Shown here piece after piece: positions 1 to 10,675 of a stretch of DNA of 64,000 nt; the first letter of the stretch is position 1; each line of letters starts with the position of its first letter. Below the pieces are notes generated by a model. The model was not told the origin of the DNA, did not search any database, and saw nothing but the letters and a program-made list of their open reading frames with translations. This DNA is from Eledone cirrhosa (lineage: Eukaryota): positions 43,152,001 to 43,216,000 of the forward strand of contig OZ024757.1 in assembly GCA_964016885.1 (NCBI GenBank), written 5' to 3'. The position numbers and the translations under genes are program-made.

Positions 1-11
1 CGGCGGCCTTG

Positions 12-22
12 GCGCATGCGCA
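12..22. promoter_or_regulatory. NRF1-type motif GCGCATGCGCA (first of up to ~2,000 copies, one per monomer)
   Basis: Matches 11 of 12 positions of the NRF1 consensus TGCGCATGCGCA; full 12/12 in TTTGCGCATGCGCA variants (e.g. 41-52). Motif match only, no binding evidence. Confidence 0.4.
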
Positions 23-1082
23 CTAAGGGCCATCGTTCTTTGCGCATGCGCACAACGGTCCGGCGGCCTTGGTGCATGCGCACTACGGTCCGGCAGCCTT
101 GGCGCATGCGCACTACGGTCCGGCGGCTTTCGTGCATGCGCACTACGGTCTAGCAGCATTGGGGCATGCGCACTACAGCCCGGCGGCCTTGGCGCATGCG
201 CAGTACGGCCCGGCGACCTTGGCGCATGCGCACTACGGTCTGGCGGCCTTGGCGCACGCGCACTACGGTCCGGCGGTCTTGGCGCATGCGCACTACGGTC
301 CGGCGACCTTGTCGCATGCGCACTACGTCCTGGTGGCCTTGGCGCATGCGCAGTACAGTCCAGTGGCCTTGGCGCCTGCGCAGTAAGATTCGGCGGCCAT
401 GGCGCATGCGCACTAAGGGCCAGCGGTCTTTGCGCATGCGCAAAATGGTCCGGCGGCCTTGCCGCATGCACACTACGGCCCGGCGGCCTTGGCGCCTGCG
501 CACTACGGTCCGGCGGCTTTGGTTCATGCGCACTACGGTCTGGCAGCATTGGCGCATGCGCACTACGGTCCGGCGGTCTTGGCGCATGCGCACTACGGTC
601 CGGCGACCTTGCCGCATGCGCACTACATTCCGGTGGCCTTGGCACATGCGCAGTACGGTCCGGTGGCTTTAGCGCATGCGCACTACGGTCTGGCAGACTT
701 GGCGCATGCGCACTACGGTCTGATGGCCTTGGCGCGTGCGCACTACGGTCCGATGGCCTTGGCGCGTGCGCACTACGGTCCAGTGGCCTTGGCGCATGCG
801 CACAACGGTCCGGTGGCCTTGGCGCATGCGCACTACGGTCCGGCAGCTTTGGTGCATGCGCACTACGGTCTGGCAACATTGGCGCATGCGCACTACGGTC
901 CGCGGCCTTGGCGCATGCGCAGTACGGCCCGGCGGCCTTGGCGCATGCGCACTACGGTCTGGCGGCCTTGGCGCATGCGCACTACGTTCCGGCGGCGTTG
1001 GCGCATGCGCACTACGGTTCGGAGGCCTTGGCGCATGCGCACTACGGTCCGACGTCCTTGACGCATGTGCAGTACGGTCCGG

Positions 1083-1348
1083 ATGAATTTTTAGCCATTT
1101 TAAGCCTTTATGTTGCCATATTTAGCCATTTTGAGTTATTTTAGTAATTTATGATGCAGTTTAACCATTTTAGAGCCATTTATAGTCATTTTAGACGTTT
1201 CAGTCGTGTTAGAGTCATTCTAGTCAATTATGATACGGTTTTAGCATTTTATTGTCACTTTAGTCATTTATTATGCCGTCTTAGCCATTTTGTTGTAATT
1301 TCAGACATACATGATGACATTTCGGCCATGTTAGTCCTTTTTGATGAA
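1083..1348 (+). repeat. AT-rich 266-bp spacer, copy 1, subtype A (GATGAA ends)
   Basis: ATGAATTTTTAGCCATTTT...CCTTTTTGATGAA between a forward and a reverse satellite arm. Confidence 0.97.
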
Positions 1349-4300
1349 GTGCCCATGCGCCAAGACCGCCAGACCGTACTGCGCATGCGCCAAGGGCGCC
1401 GGACCGTAGTGCGCATGCGCCAAGGCCGCCTGACTGTACTGCGCATGCGTCAAGGTCGCAGTACCGAACTGCGCATGCGCTAAGGCCGCCGAACCGCATT
1501 GCGCATGCGCCAAGGCCACCTGACTGTACTGCGCATGCGTCAAGGTCGCAGTACCGAACTGCGCATGCGCTAAGGCCGCCGGACCGTACTGCGCATGCGC
1601 CAAGGCCGCCGGACCGTAGTGCGCATGCGCCAAGGCCGCCTGACTGTACTGCGCATGCATCAAGGTCCCAGTACCGTACTGCGCATGCACCAAGGCCACC
1701 AGGACGTAGTGCGCATGCGCCAAGGCCATCGGACCGTAGTGCGCATGCGCCAAGTCTGCCAGACCGTAGTGCGCATGCGCCAAAGCCACCGGACCGTACT
1801 GCGCATGTGCCAAGGCCACCGGAACGTAGTGCGCATGCGGCAAGGTCGCTGGACCGTAGTGCGCATGCGCCAAGACCGACGGTCCGGTGGCTTTGGCGCA
1901 TGCGCACTACGGTCCGGCGTCCTTGGCGCATGTGCAGTACGGTCCGGTGACCTTGGCGCATGCGCACTACGGTCCAGCTGCTTTGGCGCATGCGCAGTAC
2001 GGTTCAGCGGCCTTAGCGCATGCGCACTACGGTCCGGCGGGCTTGGCGCATGTGCAGTATGGTCCGGCGACCTTGACGCATGCGCACTACGGTTCGGCGG
2101 CTCTGGCGCATGCGCACTGCGGTCAGCGGCCTTGGCGCATGCGCACTACGTTCCGGTGGCCTTGGCGCATGCGCAGTACGCTCCAGTGGCCTTGGCGCAT
2201 GCGCAGTAAGGTCCGGCGGCTTTGGCGCATGCGCACTATGGTCTGTCAGTCTTGGCGCATGCGCACTACGGTCCGGCTGCCTTCGTGGATGCGCACTACG
2301 TTCCGGCGGCCTTGCCGCATGCGCACTACGGTCCGGTGGCTTTGGCGCATGCGCACTACGGTCTGGCAGACTTGGCGCATGCGCACTACGGTCCGATGGC
2401 CTTGGCGCATGCGCACTACGGTCTGGCAGCATTGGCGCATGCGCACTACGGTCCGGCGGTCTTGGCGCATGCGCACTACGGTCCGGCGACCTTGCCGCAT
2501 GCGCACTACGTTCCGGTGGCCTTGGCACATGCGCAGTACGGTCCGGTGGCTTTAGCGCATGCGCACTACGGTCTGGCAGACTTGGCGCATGCGCACTACG
2601 GTCCGATGGCCTTGGCGCGTGCGCACTACGGTCCAGTGGCCTTGGCGCATGCGCACAACGGTCCGGCGGCCTTGGCGCATGCGCACTACGGTCCGGCAGC
2701 TTTGGTGCATGCGCACTACGGTCTGGCAGCATTGGCGCATGCGCACTACGGTCCGGCGGCCTTGGCGCATGCGCAGTAAGGTCCGGCGGCCATGGCGCAT
2801 GCGCACTAAGGGCCAGCGGTCTTTGCGCATGCGCACAATGGTACGGCGGCCTTGGCGCATGCGCACTACGTTCCGGTGGCCTTGACGCATGCGCAGTACT
2901 GTCCAGTGGCCTTGGCGCATGCGCAGTAAGGTCCGGCGGCCTTAGCGCATGCGCAGTACGTTCCGGCGGCCTTGGCGCATGCGCACTAAGGGCCATCGTT
3001 CTTTGCGCATGCGCACAACGGTCCGGCGACCTTGCCGCATGCGCACTACGTTCCGGTGGCCTTGGCACATGCGCAGTACGGTCCGGTGGCTTTGGCGCAT
3101 GCGCACTACGGTCTGGCAGACTTGGCGCATGCACACTACGGTCCGATGGCCTTGTCGCATGCGCACTACGTCCTGGTGGCCTTGGCGCATGCGCAGTACA
3201 GTCCAGTGGCCTTGGCGCATGCGCAGTGAGGTCCGGCGGCCTTAGCGCATGCGCAGTAAGGTCCGGCGGCCATGGCGCATGCGCACTAAGGGTCAGCGGT
3301 CTTTGCGCATGCGCACAACGGTCCGGCGGCCTTGGCGCATGCACACTACGGCCCGGCGGCCTTGGCGCCTGCGCACTACGGTCCGGCGGCTTTGGTGCAT
3401 GCGCACTACGGTGTGGCAGCATTGGCGCATGCGCACTACGGTCTGGCAGACTTGGCGCATGCGCACTACGGTCCGATGGCCTTGGCGCGTGCGCACTACG
3501 TTCTGGTGGCCTTGGCGCATGCGCACTACGTTCCGGTGGCCTTTGCGCATGCGCAGTACGGTCCAGCGGCCTTGGCGCATGCGCACAACGTTACGGTGGC
3601 CTTGGCGCATGCGCAGTACTGTCCAGTGGCCTTGGCGCATGCGCAGTAAGGTCCGGCGGCCTTAGCGCATGCGCAGTACGTTCCGGCGGCCTTGGCGCAT
3701 GCGCACTAAGGGCCATCGTTCTTTGCGCATGCGCACAACGGTCCGGCGGCCTTGGTGCATGCGCACTACGGTCCGGCGGCCTTGGCGCATGCGCACTACG
3801 GTCCGGCGGCTTTGGTGCATGCGCACTACGGTCTAGCAGCATTGGGACATGCGCACTACAGCCCGGCGGCCTTGGCGCATGCGCAGTACGGCCCGGCGAC
3901 CTTGGCGCATGCGCACTACGGTCTGGCGGCCTTGGCGCACGCGCACTACGGTCCGGCGGTCTTGGCGCATGCGCACTACGGTCCGGCGACCTTGCCGCAT
4001 GCGCACTACGTTCCGGTGGCCTTGGCACATGCGCAGTACGGTCCGGTGGCTTTGGCGCATGCGCACTACGGTCTGGCAGACTTGGCGCATGCGCACTACG
4101 GTCCGATGGCCTTGGCGCATGCGCACTACGTCCTAGTGGCCTTGGCGCATGCGCAGTACAGTCCACTGGCCTTGGCGCATGCGCACTATGGTCTGTCAGT
4201 CTTGGCGCATGCGCACTACGGTCCGGCTGCCTTCGTGGATGCGCACTACGTTCCGGCGGTCTTGCCGCATGCGCATTACGGTCCGGTGGCTTTGGCGCAT

Positions 4301-6056
4301 GCGCACTACGGTCTGGCAGACTTGGCGCATGCGCACTACGGTCCGATGGCCTTGGCGCATGCGCACTACGGTCTGGCAGCATTGGCGCATGCGCACTACG
4401 GTCCGGCGGTCTTGGCGCATGCGCACTACGGTCCGGCGACCTTGCCGCATGCGCACTACGTTCCGGTGGCCTTGGCACATGCGCAGTACGGTCCGGTGGC
4501 TTTAGCGCATGCGCACTACGGTCTGGCAGACTTGGCGCATGCGCACTACGGTCCGATGGCCTTGGCGCGTGCGCACTACGGTCCAGTGGCCTTGGCGCAT
4601 GCGCACAACGGTCCGGCGGCCTTGGCGCATGCGCACTACGGTCCGGCAGCTTTGGTGCATGCGCACTACGGTCTGGCAGCATTGGCGCATGCGCACTACG
4701 GTCCGGCGGCCTTGGCGCATGCGCAGTAAGGTCCGGCGGCCATGGCGCATGCGCACTAAGGGCCAGCGGTCTTTGCGCATGCGCACAATGGTACGGCGGC
4801 CTTGGCGCATGCGCACTACGTTCCGGTGGCCTTGACGCATGCGCAGTACTGTCCAGTGGCCTTGGCGCATGCGCAGTAAGGTCCGGCGGCCTTAGCGCAT
4901 GCGCAGTACGTTCCGGCGGCCTTGGCGCATGCGCACTAAGGGCCATCGTTCTTTGCGCATGCGCACAACGGTCCGGCGGCCTTGGTGCATGCGCACTACG
5001 GTCCGGCGGCCTTGGCGCATGCGCACTACGGTCCGGCGGCTTTGGTGCATGCGCACTACGGTCTAGCAGCATTGGAGCATGCGCACTACAGCCCGGCGGC
5101 CTTGGCGCATGCGCAGTACGGCCCGGCGACCTTGGCGCATGCGCACTACGGTCTGGCGGCCTTGGCGCACGCGCACTACGGTCCGGCGGTCTTGGCGCAT
5201 GCGCACTACGGTCCGGCGACCTTGCCGCATGCGCACTACGTTCCGGTGGCCTTGGCACATGCGCAGTACGGTCCGGTGGCTTTGGCGCATGCGCACTACG
5301 GTCTGGCAGACTTGGCGCATGCACACTACGGTCCGATGGCCTTGGCGCATGCGCACTACGTCCTGGTGGCCTTGGCGCATGCGCAGTACAGTCCAGTGGC
5401 CTTGGCGCATGCGCAGTGAGGTCCGGCGGCCTTAGCGCATGCGCAGTAAGGTCCGGCGGCCATGGCGCATGCGCACTAAGGGTCAGCGGTCTTTGCGCAT
5501 GCGCACAACGGTCCGGCGGCCTTGGCGCATGCACACTACGGCCCGGCGGCCTTGGCGCCTGCGCACTACGGTCCGGCGGCTTTGGTGCATGCGCACTACG
5601 GTGTGGCAGCATTGGCGCATGCGCACTACGGTCTGGCAGACTTGGCGCATGCGCACTACGGTCCGATGGCCTTGGCGCGTGCGCACTACGTTCTGGTGGC
5701 CTTGGCGCATGCACAGTACGGTCCAGTGGCCTTGGCGCATGCGCACAACGGTCCGGCGGCCTTGGCGCATGCGCACTACGGTCCGTCAGCTTTGGTGCAT
5801 GCGCACTACGGTCTGGCAGCATTGGCGCATGCGCACTACGGTCCGGCGGCCTTGGCGCATGCGCAGTACGGCCCGGTGGCCTTGGCGCATGCGCACTACG
5901 GTCTGGCGGCCTTGGCGCATGCGCACTACGGTCCGGCGGCCTTGGCGCATGCGCACTACGGTCCGGCGGCGTTGGCGCATGCGCACTACGGTTCGGAGGC
6001 CTTGGCGCATGCGCACTACGGTCCGACGTTCTTGACGCATGTGCAGTACGGTCCGG

Positions 6057-6322
6057 ATGACTTTTTAGCCATTTTAAGCCTTTGTGTTGCCATATTTAGC
6101 CATTTTGAGTTATTTTAGTAATTTATGATGCAGTTTAACCATTTTAGAGCCATTTATAGTCATTTTAGACGTTTCAGTCGTGTTAGAGTCATTCTAGTCA
6201 ATTATGATACGGTTTTAGCATTTTATTGTCACTTTAGTCATTTATTATGCCGTCTTAGCCACTTTGTTGTAATTTCAGACATACATGATGACATTTCGGC
6301 CATGTTAGTCCTTTTTGATGAC
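6057..6322 (+). repeat. AT-rich 266-bp spacer, copy 2, subtype C (GATGAC ends)
   Basis: Near-identical to copy 1; diagnostic GATGAC, CTTTGTGTT, GCCACTTTG, GATGACGTG. Confidence 0.97.
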
Positions 6323-8292
6323 GTGCCCATGCGCCAAGACCGCCAGACCGTACTGCGCACGCGTCGATACGGCCTGATCGTAGTGCGCATGCGCCAAAGC
6401 CGCCTAACCGTAGTGCGCATGCGCCAAGGCCGCCGATACATAGTGCACATGCGCCAAGGCCGTCGGACCATACTGCGCATGCGCCAAGGGCGCCGGACAG
6501 TTGTGCGCATGCACCAAGGCCGCCTGACTTACTGCGCATGCGTCAAGGTCGCAGTACCGAACTGCGCATGCGCTAAGGCCTCCGGACCGTACTGCGCATG
6601 CGCCAAGGCCACCTGACTGTACAGCGCATGCGTCAAGGTCGCAGTACCGAACTGCGTATGCGCTAAGGCCGCCGGACCGTACTGCGCATGCGCCAAGGCC
6701 GCCGGACCGTAGTGCGCATGCGCCAAGGCCGCCTGACTGTACTGCGCATGCATCAAAGTCCCAGTACCGTACTGCACATGCACCAAGACCGCCGGACCGT
6801 AGTGCGCATGCGCCAGAGCCGCCGAACCGTAGTGCGCATGCGCCAAGGCCGCCGGACCATACTGCGCATGCGCCAAGGCCGCCGGGCCGTAGTGCGCATG
6901 CGCCAAAGACGCGGGCCCGTAGTGCGCATGCGCCAAGGCCACCTGACTGTACTGCGCATGCGTCAAGGTCGCAGTACTGAACTGCGCATGCGCTAAGGCC
7001 GCCGGACCGTAATGTGCATGCGCCAAGGCCGCCTGACTGTACTGCGCATGCGTCAAGGTCGCAGTACCGAACTGCGCATGCGTTAAGGCCGGCGGCCTTG
7101 GCGCATGCGCACTACGTTCCGGTGGCCTTGACGCATGCGCAGTACTGTCCAGTGGCCTTGGCGCATGCGCAGTAAGGTCCGGCGGCCTTAGCGCATGCGC
7201 AGTACGTTCCGGCGGCCTTGGCGCATGCGCACTAAGGGCCATCGTTCTTTGCGCATGCGCACAACGGTCCGGCGGCCTTGGTGCATGCGCACTACGGTCC
7301 GGCAGCCTTGGCGCATGCGCACTACGGTCCGGCGGCTTTCGTGCATGCGCACTACGGTCTAGCAGCATTGGGGCATGCGCACTACAGCCCGGCGGCCTTG
7401 GCGCATGCGCAGTACGGCCCGGCGACCTTGGCGCATGCGCACTACGGTCTGGCGGCCTTGGCGCACGCGCACTACGGTCCGGCGGTCTTGGCGCATGCGC
7501 ACTACGGTCCGGCGACCTTGTCGCATGCGCACTACGTCCTGGTGGCCTTGGCGCATGCGCAGTACAGTCCAGTGGCCTTGGCGCCTGCGCAGTAAGATCC
7601 GGCGGCCATGGCGCATGCGCACTAAGGGCCAGCGGTCTTTGCGCATGCGCAAAATGGTCCGGCGGCCTTGCCGCATGCACACTACGGCCCGGCGGCTTTG
7701 GCGCCTGCGCACTACGGTCCGGCGGCTTTGGTGCATGCGCACTACGGTCTGGCAGCATTGGCGCATGCGCACTACGGTCCGGCGGTCTTGGCGCATGCGC
7801 ACTACGGTCCGGCGACCTTGCCGCATGCGCACTACATTCCGGTGGCCTTGGCACATGCGCAGTACGGTCCGGTGGCTTTAGCGCATGCGCACTACGGTCT
7901 GGCAGACTTGGCGCATGCGCACTACGGTCTGATGGCCTTGGCGCGTGCGCACTACGGTCCGATGGCCTTGGCGCGTGCGCACTACGGTCCAGTGGCCTTG
8001 GCGCATGCGCACAACGGTCCGGTGGCCTTGGCGCATGCGCACTACGGTCCGGCAGCTTTGGTGCATGCGCACTACGGTCTGGCAACATTGGCGCATGCGC
8101 ACTACGGTCCGGCGGCCTTGGCGCATGCGCAGTACGGCCCGGCGGCCTTGGCGCATGCGCACTACGGTCTGGCGGCCTTGGCGCATGCGCACTACGTTCC
8201 GGCGGCGTTGGCGCATGCGCACTACGGTTCGGAGGCCTTGGCGCATGCGCACTACGGTCCGACGTCCTTGACGCATGTGCAGTACGGTCCGG

Positions 8293-8558
8293 ATGAATTT
8301 TTAGCCATTTTAAGCCTTTATGTTGCCATATTTAGCCATTTTGAGTTATTTTAGTAATTTATGATGCAGTTTAACCATTTTAGAGCCATTTATAGTCATT
8401 TTAGACGTTTCAGTCGTGTTAGAGTCATTCTAGTCAATTATGATACGGTTTTAGCATTTTATTGTCACTTTAGTCATTTATTATGCCGTCTTAGCCATTT
8501 TGTTGTAATTTCAGACATACATGATGACATTTCGGCCATGTTAGTCCTTTTTGATGAA
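8293..8558 (+). repeat. AT-rich spacer, copy 3, subtype A
   Basis: Matches copy 1. Confidence 0.97.
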
Positions 8559-10409
8559 GTGCCCATGCGCCAAGACCGCCAGACCGTACTGCGCATGCGC
8601 CAAGGGCGCCGGACCGTAGTGCGCATGCGCCAAGGCCGCCTGACTGTACTGCGCATGCGTCAAGGTCGCAGTACCGAACTGCGCATGCGCTAAGGCCTCC
8701 GGACCGTACTGCGCATGCGCCAAGGCCACCTGACTGTACAGCGCATGCGTCAAGGTCGCAGTACCGAACTGCGTATGCGCTAAGGCCGCCGGACCGTACT
8801 GCGCATGCGCCAAGGCCGCCGGACCGTAGTGCGCATGCGCCAAGGCCGCCTGACTGTACTGCGCATGCATCAAAGTCCCAGTACCGTACTGCACATGCAC
8901 CAAGACCGCCGGACCGTAGTGCGCATGCGCCAGAGCCGCCGAACCGTAGTGCGCATGCGCCAAGGCCGCCGGACCATACTGCGCATGCGCCAAGGCCGCC
9001 GGGCCGTAGTGCGCATGCGCCAAAGACGCGGGCCCGTAGTGCGCATGCGCCAAGGCCACCTGACTGTACTGCGCATGCGTCAAGGTCGCAGTACTGAACT
9101 GCGCATGCGCTAAGGCCGCCGGACCGTAATGTGCATGCGCCAAGGCCGCCTGACTGTACTGCGCATGCGTCAAGGTCGCAGTACCGAACTGCGCATGCGT
9201 TAAGGCCGGCGGCCTTGGCGCATGCGCACTACGTTCCGGTGGCCTTGACGCATGCGCAGTACTGTCCAGTGGCCTTGGCGCATGCGCAGTAAGGTCCGGC
9301 GGCCTTAGCGCATGCGCAGTACGTTCCGGCGGCCTTGGCGCATGCGCACTAAGGGCCATCGTTCTTTGCGCATGCGCACAACGGTCCGGCGGCCTTGGTG
9401 CATGCGCACTACGGTCCGGCAGCCTTGGCGCATGCGCACTACGGTCCGGCGGCTTTCGTGCATGCGCACTACGGTCTAGCAGCATTGGGGCATGCGCACT
9501 ACAGCCCGGCGGCCTTGGCGCATGCGCAGTACGGCCCGGCGACCTTGGCGCATGCGCACTACGGTCTGGCGGCCTTGGCGCACGCGCACTACGGTCCGGC
9601 GGTCTTGGCGCATGCGCACTACGGTCCGGCGACCTTGTCGCATGCGCACTACGTCCTGGTGGCCTTGGCGCATGCGCAGTACAGTCCAGTGGCCTTGGCG
9701 CCTGCGCAGTAAGATCCGGCGGCCATGGCGCATGCGCACTAAGGGCCAGCGGTCTTTGCGCATGCGCAAAATGGTCCGGCGGCCTTGCCGCATGCACACT
9801 ACGGCCCGGCGGCCTTGGCGCCTGCGCACTACGGTCCGGCGGCTTTGGTGCATGCGCACTACGGTCTGGCAGCATTGGCGCATGCGCACTACGGTCCGGC
9901 GGTCTTGGCGCATGCGCACTACGGTCCGGCGACCTTGCCGCATGCGCACTACATTCCGGTGGCCTTGGCACATGCGCAGTACGGTCCGGTGGCTTTAGCG
10001 CATGCGCACTACGGTCTGGCAGACTTGGCGCATGCGCACTACGGTCTGATGGCCTTGGCGCGTGCGCACTACGGTCCGATGGCCTTGGCGCGTGCGCACT
10101 ACGGTCCAGTGGCCTTGGCGCATGCGCACAACGGTCCGGTGGCCTTGGCGCATGCGCACTACGGTCCGGCAGCTTTGGTGCATGCGCACTACGGTCTGGC
10201 AACATTGGCGCATGCGCACTACGGTCCGGCGGCCTTGGCGCATGCGCAGTACGGCCCGGCGGCCTTGGCGCATGCGCACTACGGTCTGGCGGCCTTGGCG
10301 CATGCGCACTACGTTCCGGCGGCGTTGGCGCATGCGCACTACGGTTCGGAGGCCTTGGCGCATGCGCACTACGGTCCGACGTCCTTGACGCATGTGCAGT
10401 ACGGTCCGG

Positions 10410-10675
10410 ATGAATTTTTAGCCATTTTAAGCCTTTATGTTGCCATATTTAGCCATTTTGAGTTATTTTAGTAATTTATGATGCAGTTTAACCATTTTAG
10501 AGCCATTTATAGTCATTTTAGACGTTTCAGTCGTGTTAGAGTCATTCTAGTCAATTATGATACGGTTTTAGCATTTTATTGTCACTTTAGTCATTTATTA
10601 TGCCGTCTTAGCCATTTTGTTGTAATTTCAGACATACATGATGACATTTCGGCCATGTTAGTCCTTTTTGATGAA
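10410..10675 (+). repeat. AT-rich spacer, copy 4, subtype A
   Basis: Matches copy 1. Confidence 0.97.

Noticed and set aside
899-905. 1-bp deletion (GGTCCGCGGCC)
   Set aside because: Private to one copy and may be a consensus error; no structural meaning.
1083-1348. Telomeric repeat (TTAGCC/TTAGTC resembling TTAGGC/TTAGG)
   Set aside because: The period is 10-11 bp, there are no G-runs and no tandem canonical telomere units.
1151-1483. Recurrent MMQFNHFRAIY ORF in the spacer
   Set aside because: It is conserved only because the DNA is duplicated, runs into satellite with variable C-termini, shows no recognisable family, and is truncated in copies 17-18. Coding function is unsupported, though not excluded without expression data.
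1083-1878. Autonomous transposon or classic MITE
   Set aside because: No transposase or reverse transcriptase. Arm ends at the spacer (GTGCCCATG... versus ...TACGGTCCG) are not matching terminal inverted repeats. The foldback idea is kept only as a hypothesis.
2080-6060. Very long ORFs (1300+ aa GACALRSGGL; also SAHAPRPPDR and RMRQGRRTVV frames)
   Set aside because: A 30-bp repeat whose consensus lacks stops in five of six frames yields long ORFs automatically. They overlap on both strands, cross inversion junctions and have no non-repeat domain.
7668-8354. His/Ala-rich AHAHYGPAAL repeat resembling cuticle or His-rich structural proteins
   Set aside because: The frame is often broken by TAA/TGA variants, occurs in both orientations, has no N-terminal signal peptide, and variants are not confined to synonymous sites.
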